In this document: one piece after another, positions 23,201 through 36,696 of the stretch | Numbering within the stretch: position 1 is the stretch's first letter | Layout of the letters: each line of letters opens with the position of its first letter | From: Syncephalis fuscata S228 | Taxonomy: Eukaryota > Fungi > Zoopagomycota | NCBI GenBank assembly: GCA_025786725.1 | Contig: JAHLTZ010000026.1 | Span: forward strand, 1 to 64,000 | DNA: 64,000 bases | Direction: 5' to 3' | Program-made: the position numbers and the translations under genes | The notes under the pieces: model-generated | Seen by the model: only the letters and a program-made list of their open reading frames with translations | Told to the model about the DNA's origin: nothing | Database searches by the model: none

Positions 23201-26200
23201 CATGCTCAGCATCCATTGGGAGCCAAGATCAAGTTGGGCTGTTAATAGTGAAATACCCAGGCAGCCACCTCGTTTACGGAACCATTGTTGTGTATAACAG
23301 CAGGAACAGAAACGCATAGCCAATTGATGAAAGAATGGAATACGAACGGCCAATTCACGATCTGCATCTGTAAATGGTCCATCGGGTGATTCGGCCACAC
23401 AGTAGAGACAAGTACGATAGAATAATTGAAGGGATGATTCAGCCAAATTACGTAATTCTGTATCTTCATCAGTAATGACTCGAATTAACGTTTCAACAAA
23501 TACACTTTTATCAAGTTGAGTCGGTAATGATCGAGGACCAAATGGACCACCCAGCTTACCACTGGAACTACTCGATGCTTTCCCACTGTTGCTAGTAGTA
23601 TTGACGTCTACATCCATATCTTTATCCGATGATGTATCATTAGATTGGTCATTTAAACTTGATGATTTAGTAGTTGTTTGCGTAACTAGTTCTGCTGCAC
23701 TTAATAAAGCAAATTGTTGCGTTATTCGATCCAACATCGTACTTGCTCTATCTCGAAGCGATTTAGTGGCTGCACATCGAAAGAGTAAAAAGAGTAGACG
23801 GGCCAATTCAGCCTCTTGCGCTTGTTTAATGCGCTGCTGTTCACTATGATTGACTAGTGATGTAGCTGGTAATGATTTACTGGCCGTTGTTTCTACTGTG
23901 TCATTAGTTGAATTACCCGATTGTTGTGATGTTATTCTTAGCGCATCTGTTAATTTATGTGGATTGATGTTGGCATCTGATGTATCAAGCAGTAAAGATA
24001 GACAGCTGCGAATGAATAGATAGGCTTGTTCAAGACTGTGTTCACTCGCTTGTTGATCATCCAAAACAGTTTCTGCTACTGATATGTATCGTTCAATCGA
24101 TAAGGCTAGTCGAATATCATCGGGAAATAGCAGTTCAACGTTAAGTCCACTATCACTGGCTGGTCGGTACGAAAGTACTGGTGGATTAAGTAATAAACGA
24201 CGATTACGGCCGCCTAATTTACCTAGAATCCGCATTGTAGATTGGCTATATTGTTCATTTGTCGTATTAGACTGTAAATGGCTCCACAAAGCACGCATTA
24301 AATCATCAATGACCGGAGCCATAATTGGATCGAGAAAGTCTTGGGTCAAATTGTCAATACACAACTCGAGTGTACGTAATCCTTGGCTGATAAGTTCTGA
24401 ACCAGCTTGTAAGGCAATAACGAGCGGCTTCATAAGGAATGTAAGATAGGGCAATAGTACACTAAGTCGTACAGGTACTGTTAAACAGAGCTCAACGAAT
24501 AATTCACGCATTTCTTGTTTATGAGCCAGTGACAGTAGCGTGTTAAAGCTTTCCAATAGCATTTGCACAAGTGGCAACACCTCTTTGTATAACAGTTCAA
24601 ATCGACCACCACCAATATAGCGAAATAGTGACCGTAATAGTAGGAAATATTTTACGGGATCCTTTGCTTTGGCAGACATTTTCATACTTGACATAATAAT
24701 ATTGCCTAGATGTGGCTGTAATACTTCTTCATTCTGCTGTGGAAACCATGTTACAGCCATAAAGGCAAGTTTTAATAAGCGTAACATCGCTTCAGCACAC
24801 GTAGAATCTGGTCCACCCAATTTATCCAGACGTTCAACCAAAAAGTTAATTAAAATGCCCGAGAAGCTATGTGATACTGATTCATTGGCCAGGAAGCATC
24901 GAGGCACCGCTAGGATGGCTGAATTACCAAGAATACGTTCAAATAAATACGGCATTTGTGCAGTAAATACTTCTTGAAAGATTGCTGGATCAACGGTAAT
25001 AAATACATTGGCAAATTGTTCAAGCGTTTCTTTTTCTTCCTTTGATACTGGACGTGTCCATACGTCTGATATGGCTGATGTAGAAGCTGAAGATGTAGAT
25101 GATGGTAGTGTAGTTGAAGTAAATGTAGTCGTAGTAGAAGATGCAGTGGCGGGTAAACAAGTAGGCAATGGAGAATGAACAGTGGGTGTCATAGCAGTGG
25201 CAGTGGCAGTGGCGGTATTTGCCGTAGCTGTAGATGACAGAGTAGAACTATTTGTATTGCCTTCAGCAATTGACAATAAAGTTGCATCCAATACGTAATA
25301 GTCAAAACAGCGAATACCTTCATGGAATAAACGGCTGAATACGGCCATTTCTTCATGTGAAAACCCAACGGCTACATTGGTATTAGTAACAGCATGGGTG
25401 GTGGTTGTTCCTGTTGGGTTAGTGGCACTAGAGACAGATGGACCCGTTGAGGTAGATGCTGATGCAGGTGGATTTAATGATTTTAATCCAAACATAATAG
25501 TTTTTAATCCTGTAACTAAATTACGGAATAAAAATCGCATATCTATTGATAGATGATTAATATTATGGCATTAATAATATAAAGTGGTACCATCTACCTT
25601 TTAATGTGTCTAAATGACTTTCATTAGACGCTGCAGGTACAGCAATTGATCGATGTGATAGTAAATCTGCTTCAGTTTCTTCAATTTCTATCTTTTTTGT
25701 AAAATCAACCTCCATATGATCGTCAGTTTTGTTTATAGCTGAAGTATCGCGTTCATGTTCCATTGATTTTGAAGAAATTGTTAATGCTGTTTCTTTAGTA
25801 TCTGATTTACTATTAATACTAGAAGATGTTGTTGTTGAACTATTAGAATGAGCCGTAGACAACGTTCTCTAACAATTGGAAATTGAGAATTAAGGGTTTG
25901 GAATTTGTTTGTAAATGTATCAAGTATACGCATTAATAATTGACGACCTATAAATACATAGAATTAATTATTATTCCATTATTATTACTATAGTTCAATT
26001 TACTTACCTTCATTTCGATCTGGTAAATGCATAATACATTCAATAAGATTTAATAGTAATTTGGCACACATTGTCTGAATACTACTGGCCAGCGTATTAT
26101 CGTGCAGGTTACGAGAATACATATATACAGTACGTGACAATTGTGGTAAAGCTAGTTTGGCCCGTACATGATGTACAAGATCTGCCAACATACTGAATGC

Positions 26201-27670
26201 CAATGGTCTATATACATTATACTATATTAATACTCCTAATATAATATTAATCAATTAAAACTTACCGTAGTGTCTCATGAGAGGTGACACCTGTGCCAAT
26301 AAGTACTTTTTCATTCAATAGAATATCCATATGATCAATAAAAGCATTACGGAAATCTGTTGATAAAATATGACGAGTAGCCACCAGTAATTCCTATACA
26401 ATATTAAATTAGCTGTCTAATATCGACATTAATCAAGACTTACCTTGCGTGTAGAAGATGCTTCAGGTGGACAATCTCTTAATAATCGAATAATTGCTTC
26501 TGGAATAACTGATTGATATTGGCGAAGTTGCGCTGCATATCCGCGTAATATATAGGCCAAGAATGAAGCAGTCTAAATAGTGTTAATAGTTAGATGTCTA
26601 TTACTTATTACTATAACACTCTTACTTTAACTTGGGCTATAATGAATTCGGTGTAGACGGCACGATTTTTAATCGATGGACTTACTCCTACAAATACTTC
26701 ACCGCAAGCCGCAGCTGCAGCATGTGCTTCAGTTTGAGGTTTTGCCTGTAAACTAAGCATTTCCATAATAAGTGGAACAAATGATTGGATATTGGCCGCA
26801 ACAGAGCGACGATGTGGTTGAAATAGTAATACCACAATAATGGGACACTCAGTTAACACTTTAAATGAGTGCATACCACGAGCAAGTGATTTGGCAGGTG
26901 CATCACCAAAATCAGCTGGAGAAGATGGACGTGGTGACATTAACATCATCGAACCTGGCTATTTAATACACTTTATATTAATATTATACTATACTATATT
27001 AATTAATTACTTACTGTACCGCCACTTGTAGGGGCTGGTGTACATGGATGATCGAATGTATCAGCCACGGCTTTTGGCATATGACGATACATTTCCATAA
27101 CAATATTAAGAAATGGTTGTACATGTTCTTCAAGTAGTTCCTTATAAGTTCGATGTAGATCAATAATGATCTTTAAACATAATACGGCATTCTCTTCATT
27201 CTCTACTCGAAGTAGACGAAGTAATAAAGCCATTAAATCAGAAGCATGTTGAGCCAAATCGTCATTATGAGGGAATCGATGAATAATCTCCAGTATTGTT
27301 TGTCTTAATCTCTAATATTGTATAACTATTAGCTAAATTTATCTTGTATTATCTGTTCACTTGCCTGTTCTGATGCATTACTACTAAAGGCCGGTTGTCC
27401 ATCGCGTAATATACTGGTAAATACCGGTAATAATAGTGCTAAAAACCGTTTATATTCGACCGATTGAAATATTTCAACTTTATCGCGTAATTCGGTAGCG
27501 ATAGTCACCTTTAATTTAATATCTATGTCAATGATTAATAAAATGGTATAATAATAAGAAGAAGATGTCAAGTTAGATATATTAGTACAGGCTTAAATAA
27601 ACATACCAAGGTGAGGATCGGCCAGTCGCGTTGCGTAAACCTCGCAGTCTGGCACGGTTTGTGCCAGCAT
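14273..27670 (-). CDS. TRA1: Tra1/TRRAP, the PIKK pseudokinase scaffold of SAGA/NuA4; multi-exon, with two apparent 1-nt frameshifts (~23210, ~21700)
   Basis: HEAT repeats with [12 protein letters not shown] and [13 protein letters not shown], a FAT region ([17 protein letters not shown]), a PI3K-like domain ([12 protein letters not shown]) and a FATC end [21 protein letters not shown] at 27670 (MLAQTVPD). Confidence 0.96.
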
Positions 27671-28539
27671 TCTGGCAGTTATACTATACGATAATGTGTA
27701 GTGCAGTACCAGTAGGAATCGTAATAGTACAATAAACGGCGATTATGGTATAACTATGGTTGCTACTCTTATAAGCAATAGCTATTAATAAAGCAATTAA
27801 ATCTATAGATTGTCGCCGCGATTATCGCTATAACAAATAGAGTACAGCGATATAATTGTTAATAGCTTACCTTGTATCAATCACTTTGCTCTAACTATAG
27901 ATCTACAAAAGCGGTGCAATTTCAACACTGTGAACAAATGAAATAATACGTAATATTTGCCAACTACCAGTTGTAGTAAAGAAATTGAATTCAATAAACC
28001 GACAATATAAAGAGAACAAGAGAAAGTGAAAGAGTTGCTGTTATTACGAGCAAATAAGTAAAGTGTAACTTAAAATAGCGCGTACACATAAATACACACA
28101 ATGATTTGACCTTCATCCAATGTGTGGCATCTTGTGCGCAATCTTAATTGTCCCTATAAATTTGGAAACGATTTCATTTCCATAGATTGTTAAGAAATGT
28201 TAATTACTATAGTTTCTAAAGGATTCCATTGGACATTTTCCATCATTTACAACCATTTCCTTATCAATTAGTTTCCAACTGCACAATAAGAAACTAAGGT
28301 TATTTTCTTTACACTGTATATGTAGCAATCATTTGTATGCACTATAAGAACAAACGTTTGACTAAAGTTTATTCCAATCAATAATTATTTAGTTAATTGT
28401 TCTATTTGATTGTAACTAGTGTTGTTGCATTAATATATGGATGTATATATACATGCTATGTACCATTTTATGCTCAACTTTTACTTTTGATACTTGTTAA
28501 TTAAGTTAAACAAACTGCCCTCATCATATAAAATATTGA

Positions 28540-28820
28540 ATAAGTGGGATGTGTAAAGTATATAGAAATATATAAACAATAGAATGTGTCCAATATAGCG
28601 TAGAATGATATATAGTAGTGTGTGATAGAATGGGAGTGATATAGGTGAATAAATATATATAAGTATATTGAGTATATGCATACTGGATAATAAATCTACA
28701 ATGATGAGTATTTTGAACCCTGATGTGAATTACTCCTAGTTTCATGTTCAATAGAAACAAAGTTTAATTTAAAGTGTAAATATTATTAAATGTAGCCATT
28801 TAATCCTTAAATCACAATAA
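28540..28820 (+). repeat. Copy of a dispersed AT-rich repeat family (also at ~52.8-53.1 kb and ~55.5-55.65 kb)
   Basis: Shared core ATATGCATACTGGA.AATAAATCT...GATGAGTATTTT...TGATGTGAAT...AGTT.CAT.TTCAAT. Confidence 0.7.
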
Positions 28821-29752
28821 ATGGTTAATAAATTGTTTAATGTAAAATGGTTATCTTTATTTAATTAATAAATAATGTAATACATACAATTCATAAATAA
28901 AATGGTATTATACATAAAAAACTATAACAAATTGAAATACTAATGAGGGAATTGTTCGAGCGGTAGAATAAAAAAAAGAATAAACATCAATTGCATAAAA
29001 TCAAGTATATTTATAAAACAGTGTCATCATTAAACACTGGCAGCATTACCAAAAAGAGTATTTAAATAGATTATTATTGAAAATCACTATTGCGTAATGC
29101 TTCTAACATACGTAAATGTAACACATTGATACATTTATAAAAGTAAAGCAATGGATTATTGGCTATATAAATAAATAAATGTATTCATTTTAACAAGTCT
29201 AAATCCATTACAATTGTACGCACACACATTTAGATCCTAGTAAATATTTGCAATTTATCGTTTATTTCCAAAAAAGTAAGGGGTCAAAGTAAAATAACAA
29301 CACTTTTAAATAGCGCATTTAATGATCGACCTTATCAGTTTCATAAAAACTGAATGATAGAATGTCAAAAAAGCATCGGTATGTGAATATCCACTGCCCA
29401 CATACACACACATATATACACACACATTGATATCCACACGGAAATCATAATCCCCTTTGACATATTATTTGTAATTCTAGAAAAGCTTGAAGCGTTGCCA
29501 ACCGCCTCCTTTCTTCTTGGCCTCTCTTCTATTACTCGTTTACTTTTTCATTTATATTTTGTCGAGTATTTTATAAGCACTAGTACTATTATTTTCCGCA
29601 ATTATAATCAATATTGTACACGGTTATTACCATCAATTGCGGGCTGACGGCCTTATTAAGGTCTACTCTGTATTGTTCGACAGTTGCTGCCTATCATTTA
29701 TATCGTCTATTTGTATTAGTCGATATCAGCTATTTTGTTGTTTACTCTAGCC

Positions 29753-32623
29753 ATGACAATTAAAAAGGATGACAAGCGTGAACTAATAGAGCTTTCTTCT
29801 AACGACGATAGCCAACAATCGGTAGAGGAACAAATGTCAGAAGTGACCAATAACACTAATAACACTACAACGACAGCAATAACCATTGTTGCTAATGATA
29901 ATAGTTTTAATGATAACCATAATAGTGGTAACGCTACTAACAGCATTCAAAATACGGCCAGCAAATTGGCCAATATGTCTAAAGGACAGCAGCGTAAAGC
30001 GCCACCCATTGGTGAAGTATTTCAACTTGGCGCACGCCAGCCAAAGGCAGCCGAGAAATTGCAGAAATTGCGCCGCTCGGTTGAGGCGGATATTGAGCGG
30101 AGAAAGATTCTTGATTCTATGCGTGGACCTGTAACCAATTCTAACTCATGGACATCACGGGCCTCTTCACCTGTATCATCGCGCATTGCATCGCCTAGAT
30201 CACGTCGAGGTGGTGCGTCTATTTCAAGTGGGCCTTCACCTGTATCGCCTACTTCTCAGTCAGCACATCGCCTGCATGGCCGGTCACCGTTGGCACCACC
30301 GTTATCGGCCCAATTAATACCTGGCACTATGACATCACCGCTAAATGCTGCAGCACGCGGTTATCCATCCATGTTTCCATTACATGGTATGAATGGATCG
30401 GACAAGAATCAGTACGGCTATTATAACATGTATTTACCAAAAACGGCGGATATGCATGATTTAGGAATTAATAAACAGCAACAAGCATCGTCAGAACCGA
30501 TAAGACATCGATTACATCGCTCATCATCAGCGCCAGAACTACCTACCTTTTTGACACGTGGTTCAACAGCAACAGCGGCAGCAACAACAGACAACAATGA
30601 TAAGAACACAGAAATGGCCTGGGAGCCACAAAGTGCCAGTGATTTTATGTCACCTAGCATGCTTGAATCAGGTGACTACGTGGTTATTCACGGCCTTATA
30701 ATTACAAATATGGGCAACATGTAATAAATGATATGCCTCGTCGACGTCTATTACATCGACATTCATCACCGCGTATACCGTCACGGTCTTACGTGTGTAC
30801 AGCGGCAGAAGAGCGTGTTTTGGTACGGAAAACAGATCTTCGTCTTATTCGTAAGTTCTTATTGCCTATTATACTATTATACAATGCTGACCAGTTATTA
30901 AATAGCATTTTTATCAATGCTTTATTTATGTTCATTTTTGGATCGTATTAATATTGGTAAGTAGTTTATTTGAGTATATTAATTAATACAAATAACTAAT
31001 ATATTGAATGAATTAGGTAATGCACGAGCTGCCGGTCTACAAGATGATTTAGGTCTATCAGATGAACAATTCAAGTAAGTTATACGTGTTACGATTAACT
31101 GGCCTAACACTGAAATGTAGTTGGGGATCGGCTATTTTTTTCTTTGGCTATGTCATTTTTGAAGTGCCATCCAATATTTTGCTTGATCTATGGCGTCCTT
31201 CAAAGATTATTGCCTTATCGATGATAGCATGGGGTGTCATTATGCTCTTGAGTAAGTAGAAAGAACATACTGTATTTGTGCAATGCTAATGGTTTATGTA
31301 TAGTGGCCAGTATAAACAACTATTCTGGACTACTCTCTACACGCTTCTTTCTTGGTGTAGCCGAGGCTGGTCTATTTCCTGGTGTCGTCTTTTATCTATC
31401 AATGTGGTATACACGTGCTGAACAGGTAAGCTAAATAGTTAATAATAGGCTGTATATATATCATTAACTAATGATGTTGCTACAGACAGTACGCATGGCA
31501 TTATTCTTTGGTGCTGCCACCTTAGCTGGCGCATTTGGCGGTCTAATTGCCTATGCCATTCTTAAATTAGAAGGCGAAAATGGCCTTACTGGTTGGCAAT
31601 GGATATTTGTTATTGAAGGCTTGGCCACCGTGCTTATTGCCTGTTCTGCACTGTAAGTGCTACTTTCTAACGATTAATGTATATAGCAATAGAGCTAACA
31701 GCAATAATAATAATTAGATATTTTTTACCAGACTTTCCAGAAGGTGAAAATGCTACATTTTTAACGGAACGTGAACGAGCTTTGGCTATTGCTCGATTGG
31801 CTAAAGATGTAACAGAGGCACACAACGGACGAATGGCATCGGGTCTGACCAACTATGAACACTTTTTTCAAGTTGGTCAAGTACTTGGTGCATTTAAAGA
31901 TTGGAAGGTGTATATGTACGCTTTAGTGCATATACTTGGATCGATGCCACTTTATTCGTTTGCGCTGAATTTACCATCTATTTTACAGGTAAGTCATCAA
32001 ATCACATGTACTGCTTGTATAACTAATAAAAAATGATGTGTTTTACTGTACAGGGACATGGCTATGATGGCGTGACATCACAATTGTTATCTGCACCACC
32101 GTACATGTTTGGCTGTATTGTTCTTTTGGCCGTCTCGCATAGCAGTGGTGTGCGAGGAGAGCGCGGCTTTCACGTGGCTGGTGCGATGTTACTTGGCGCT
32201 ATTGGCTTTCTTATTTTAGTATTTGCTCGTAACACGTCCGTTCAGTATACGGCGGCCATTCTTGCCTGTATGGGTGTATTTGCCCAACTGCCACCTGTGC
32301 TATCGTGGTTTTCCAATAATCTTGGCGGCCATTTAAAACGAGCTGCTGGTACGGCTGTCATCATCAGTCTTGGTAATCTTAGCGGTGCACTTGGTGCTCA
32401 TCTTTACCAGGACGACGATGCACCTAACTACGCATTGGGACACACTATATCGGCCTTTTCGCTGTTGGCCGGTGCTGTAATGTCGCTATCGCTCAAATGG
32501 CTACTACATCGTGAAAACAACCGACGAAGGAAAATGCCGCCTGATGAGCGCTACGAGCTGGTAAATAGTGCTGAGTCAGCACTACTTGGCGACAATCATC
32601 CCGACTTTCATTATATTCATTAG
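29753..32623 (+). CDS. MFS transporter, anion:cation symporter (Dal5/Tna1-like) family, with a long disordered N-terminus; multi-exon
   Basis: Motifs GNARAAGL, FEVPSNILL, RFFLGVAEAGLFPGVVFYLSMWY, GWQWIFVIEG, QLLSAPPY and a C-terminal PDFHYIH. Confidence 0.9.
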
Positions 32624-32879
32624 ATGATGTTACTGTCTTTAATTGTTTACTAATTGTATTGCGCGTGCTTTTTTGTTACACATAGTTTATGAAATGTAGT
32701 TTGTTATTTAATATTGTTCACACAAATACACACCAATGTATATATTGCACAATGGCAAGTAACGACAAATTAATAATAAGCAAAAACAAAATTAATGTCG
32801 TGTTTACATATCAGTATTGTATTTATTTAGTATGAATAAATTGGGTTCATTACTAATATTATTGCTAGGAGAAGTATAG

Positions 32880-33919
32880 TTATTTTTGTGGTACCTCTAC
32901 ACCTAGATGTTCACCGACGACACAGTCGGAAAGTGTATTATAAGTAGCACGGGCCACCAAGCTGTGGCAGTAGTCTCTATCGGCCGCCGTGATGACAACG
33001 GTCATTTCGTCATCATCGTCGCCGCCGTTGTTGCCATTGTCGTTCTTGTCGTGCTCGTTGTAGTAGTTATGCTTTGGCTCCTCCTCCTTATAAGGCTTAG
33101 TTTCGTGCGATTCTTCCTCATGGTATGGCTTAGTTTCGTGCGATTCTTCCTCTTGATATGGCTTAGGTTCGTGTTTCTCTGGCTCACTGGTTTCTTCATA
33201 AGGCAGCACACCAGCTTCATCTTCATCCTTGGCCTTCTTGTGATAGTAGTAGCCGTATGAGTGCTTTGGTGAATGTTTAGGATGCTCCTCCATCGAGTGT
33301 TCTTCATATGGTAGAACACCAGTGGGTGGTGCTGTCTCTTCATACTTGGGCTCTTCTTTGTATGGCTTTTCCTCAGTCTTTGGCTTTTCATACTTAGGCT
33401 CTTCCTTGTATGGCTTTGGCTCTTCTTTGTATGGCTTTTCCTCAGTCTTTGGCTTTTCATACTTAGGCTCTTCCTTGTATGGCTTTTCCTCCTCCTTGTA
33501 TGGCTTTGGCTTTTCATATTTGGGCTCCTCTTTGTATGGCTTTGGCTCTTCTTTGTATGGCTTTTCCTCCTCCTTGTATGGCTTTGGTTCTGGAGCTGCG
33601 GTCTCCTCATAAGGAAGTACACCTGATGGATTTTCCTGATTATACAAATCATCCTCAGGCTCTTCATTATGTGGCTTTGTGTTATAATAGCCAGATTTAA
33701 CGTTAGTCTTGTGGACTAGGTGGTTATCTTTGGTTACTGAAAGCTTGTGGGCTGTTGGTCGTGCAATTCGGGAGACTTTGGCTTTGCCATGATGTTGTGG
33801 CAGTGCTAATTTGCAAATATGTCAGTAAAATGCTTAAATGTGGCTTAGTTATAATTACCCGTGGCACTTAACGCCGCCATGACCACGATAGTTGCAACAA
33901 ATAAAACATATTGACGCAT
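32880..33919 (-). CDS. Secreted repetitive Lys/Pro/Tyr/Glu-rich protein (KPYKEE repeats), probably a cell-wall or adhesive protein
   Basis: Signal peptide MRQYVLFVATIVVMAALSA at 33919, intron ~33859-33807, an apparent 1-nt frameshift near 33675, then KPYKEE(E/P) and GVLPYEE repeats and a 2-Cys C-terminus. Confidence 0.7.
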
Positions 33920-35310
33920 TTTAATGGTTTTAAATAATAGTAGTATTATGAGTGATACTTGGTATAGATAAGTTAAAAAACGCAGTAACAATGTGGATAC
34001 TGGTAATAATTTAGTAGTAGCGCTTTTACAGCTGTGTAAATAGAAATAGCTCCTAGTAAGTATGAGAAATAAGAGTAGTGTTCGGTAGACTAAGTGAACT
34101 ACAGATGTAATGTTAGTGCCGATACATACATTTCTGTTCGCAATTTATTCTATTTCATGAGTTCAGGAGATAGAAAACAATGTATATATCCCTTGGCAAT
34201 AACATTTCAAAAGGGGATTGTACAGCCATGCAATAGGTGTAAACCAATTTTCCTAACCAGGTTAGCCTCATCTATTATTTGTTAAAAAAAACGTGCTTCA
34301 GACATCAGGGTGTCTATATTGCATCATTGAAATTATTATGCAGGCGGAAGCTCCTTTTATTGTTAGCAAGTAGCGCCCTTGCATAAAATCTAACCAGTTG
34401 TAAACCCCCTTTATTCTTGTATTGCCGGTCGGTGTCAGTACAAACTCAACGCCAATAGTTAGCCGTGTTGTTCAATTCAAGTCTGCACGTTGTATCCCAT
34501 CAAATTATAAGTATTTTATTACTGTATATTAATTATTACTAGCGTAAGACTATCAACAAATAGATTTACATTAGTATATATATATATTAAAAACATATTA
34601 TCCACTAAATTAATATTAATAAAATGTAAGATAAAGCAGCTTTTGTTTATAATTGTATTAAAACATTTAGATTGTGGTTAGTTTAAAATGAATTAGTATT
34701 TATTAGCACGATACATATTATAATGTTACCATTATTTTTCAAAAGTATCGGAAACCGATTTAGCTTTGAACAATTATTGACTAATGCCTAGCCCACTGCC
34801 ATTTGATTTATAAATAAAAGCTACAGTATGACTAATGACCGGTGGCACCAGAAAGAATAGCATGCTTTATGATTGAAAAATGCTGTGATGCATTACGCTG
34901 CAAACAGTGCCTGCTATACAACTAATTTTCTACGGCTTTTAGCAGACTGCCATTTGAAATAGCAGTGTTCGTACAATGTGTACAATAATATGTTCAGATA
35001 CAATTCTGTAAATTCAAGGCGATGCTAGTCTTCTGCAGCGTGATCGCAGCATCAATTGAATATCACATGAGTCAATCAGTATATCTCATGATTTAAAAAA
35101 CTATAAATGGTTTACGCACAGCACTATATATTCATACAAGTCATATTATTTAATGCATTAATATTTCAACAATATAATAATGCTTTATTTATGGTGCATG
35201 TAAATATGATCATTATACTTTTCAAAAAGGAGAACAAAAACTCAATGATTTTATTTTTATTGTTTCTATAAGAATCGTATGTTTATTTTGCAATAGTATA
35301 ATACAAGTCA

Positions 35311-36040
35311 ATGTATATTCAATAGCCTGCATCAATAGATAGTAAGTAAAACTGTGTATTGACTATCCGCTCTAAACATATACCATGCATCTTGTATGTT
35401 TGATATCTTGTAATGATAGATCGTAAGCGACATTGCATATTGACTGACTATGCGCTAAATATATATATCGTGCATTATGTGTATCTAATAACTTGCATTA
35501 ATAGCATGTAAGTGGCATTATGTATTAGTTTTCATACTCTAAACACGTAGCATTCAATGTGCGTGTTTATTTTTTATTAATAGCATGTAAGCGGTATTAT
35601 ATATTAATTGTTTCTATACTAAGCATATATCATACACTGTTTGTGTCCTAATATTTATATTACCAGTCTGTAAGCAATGTTATATATTCCTGATTTATAC
35701 ACTAACTAGATGTGATATGTTGTGCATATTCATAAACACAGTCTAACGGGCTTTTCAAGGCATTGGTATTGGCAATGTGATTAGACGACTAGTTTGACAC
35801 ATTCCAGCTATACATTCGGCAAAACTCAAATCCATTGGCAATTGCCGTTCAGTCCATTCACATATCAAATTTTTAGCAATATTTTGGTTTATCCGCTTTC
35901 AACCAATAGCGCGATTATATTACTGGCAAACCTGCATTCAATTGTACCTATTCAACTATGCTAGCTTGTAGTAATAAACATATGGTTTTATTTTAGCTAT
36001 AATTGACTGAGTTTTCACAACCATGTTTACGGTTTATTTT
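35311..36040 (+). pseudogene. 5'-truncated inverted copy of micro-exon locus B (last five 3-nt exons, final exon and 3' UTR)
   Basis: Reverse complement of 57628-58357, near identical from 35326. Exons ATA 35339, ATC 35420, CAT 35505, CAT 35584, TCT 35667, and final TC-TAA at 35742. No signal-peptide exon is seen upstream. Confidence 0.88.
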
Positions 36041-36696
36041 AATTAATGATTAACAAATATTAATCACTTAAAAATGCCAATATTAAACCTGTGCAAATAT
36101 ATTGTTTTAGTTTTCAAGATATTCTGACTTATTTGTAGCAACATTCTTATTTAAATAATAATTTATTGTGTGATATTTTAGCCATGCATATCTACAATGT
36201 AGTAAAGTGTATTATTAATAATATCAAATCTATTATCATACAGCCAGTATCACTTTATATTGGCATTATTATATTAACACTTCAATTTCCAATAATTGAA
36301 CGGTACATACTGCCATTTCATTGCTGCTGAGTGAACTAAACAGTATAATAGCATTATAAAAATCTAAATATAAACTAATTAGTAAAAAGTTTGTTACTAA
36401 ATTTCTATTCATTTCTAAATGATGTGGATTGTTTATAGTACAATTAAAATGAAGCACCAATATTGTTTATTATTTACTTTGGCTGTACATATTATTATTA
36501 AACAAAAGCTATTATGAGACCAAAAATAATGAGCAAAGAATAAACAGCGATTATAATAATTAAATTGGTTTCCTTAAATATTTCTGAATATTACATTATA
36601 GTTGCAAGTTATGGAAGTAAATGATGTATTTTAATAATAGTAGATTATTGATATATGCGTTTGCTAATAACTGATAGCTTCATAGCTTGATAGCTT

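Noticed and set aside
21690-23220. Programmed frameshifting or pseudogenisation of TRA1 (two frame breaks)
   Set aside because: TRA1 is normally essential and otherwise intact here, and I saw no slippery sites or room for introns. Similar 1-nt breaks occur in the RBM26-like gene (~47435) and the repeat protein (~33675), so assembly indel errors are more likely. Check with short reads.
16651-24977. Many plus-strand ORFs overlapping TRA1, and similar shadow ORFs over other genes
   Set aside because: They are antisense or alternate-frame shadows of real coding sequence, often from low-complexity tracts.
35271-35282. Possible extra micro-exon (AG|AATC|GTATGT) upstream of the truncated copy
   Set aside because: It is 4 nt, off the 82-bp period, and no leader exon is seen upstream, so it is probably a chance match.
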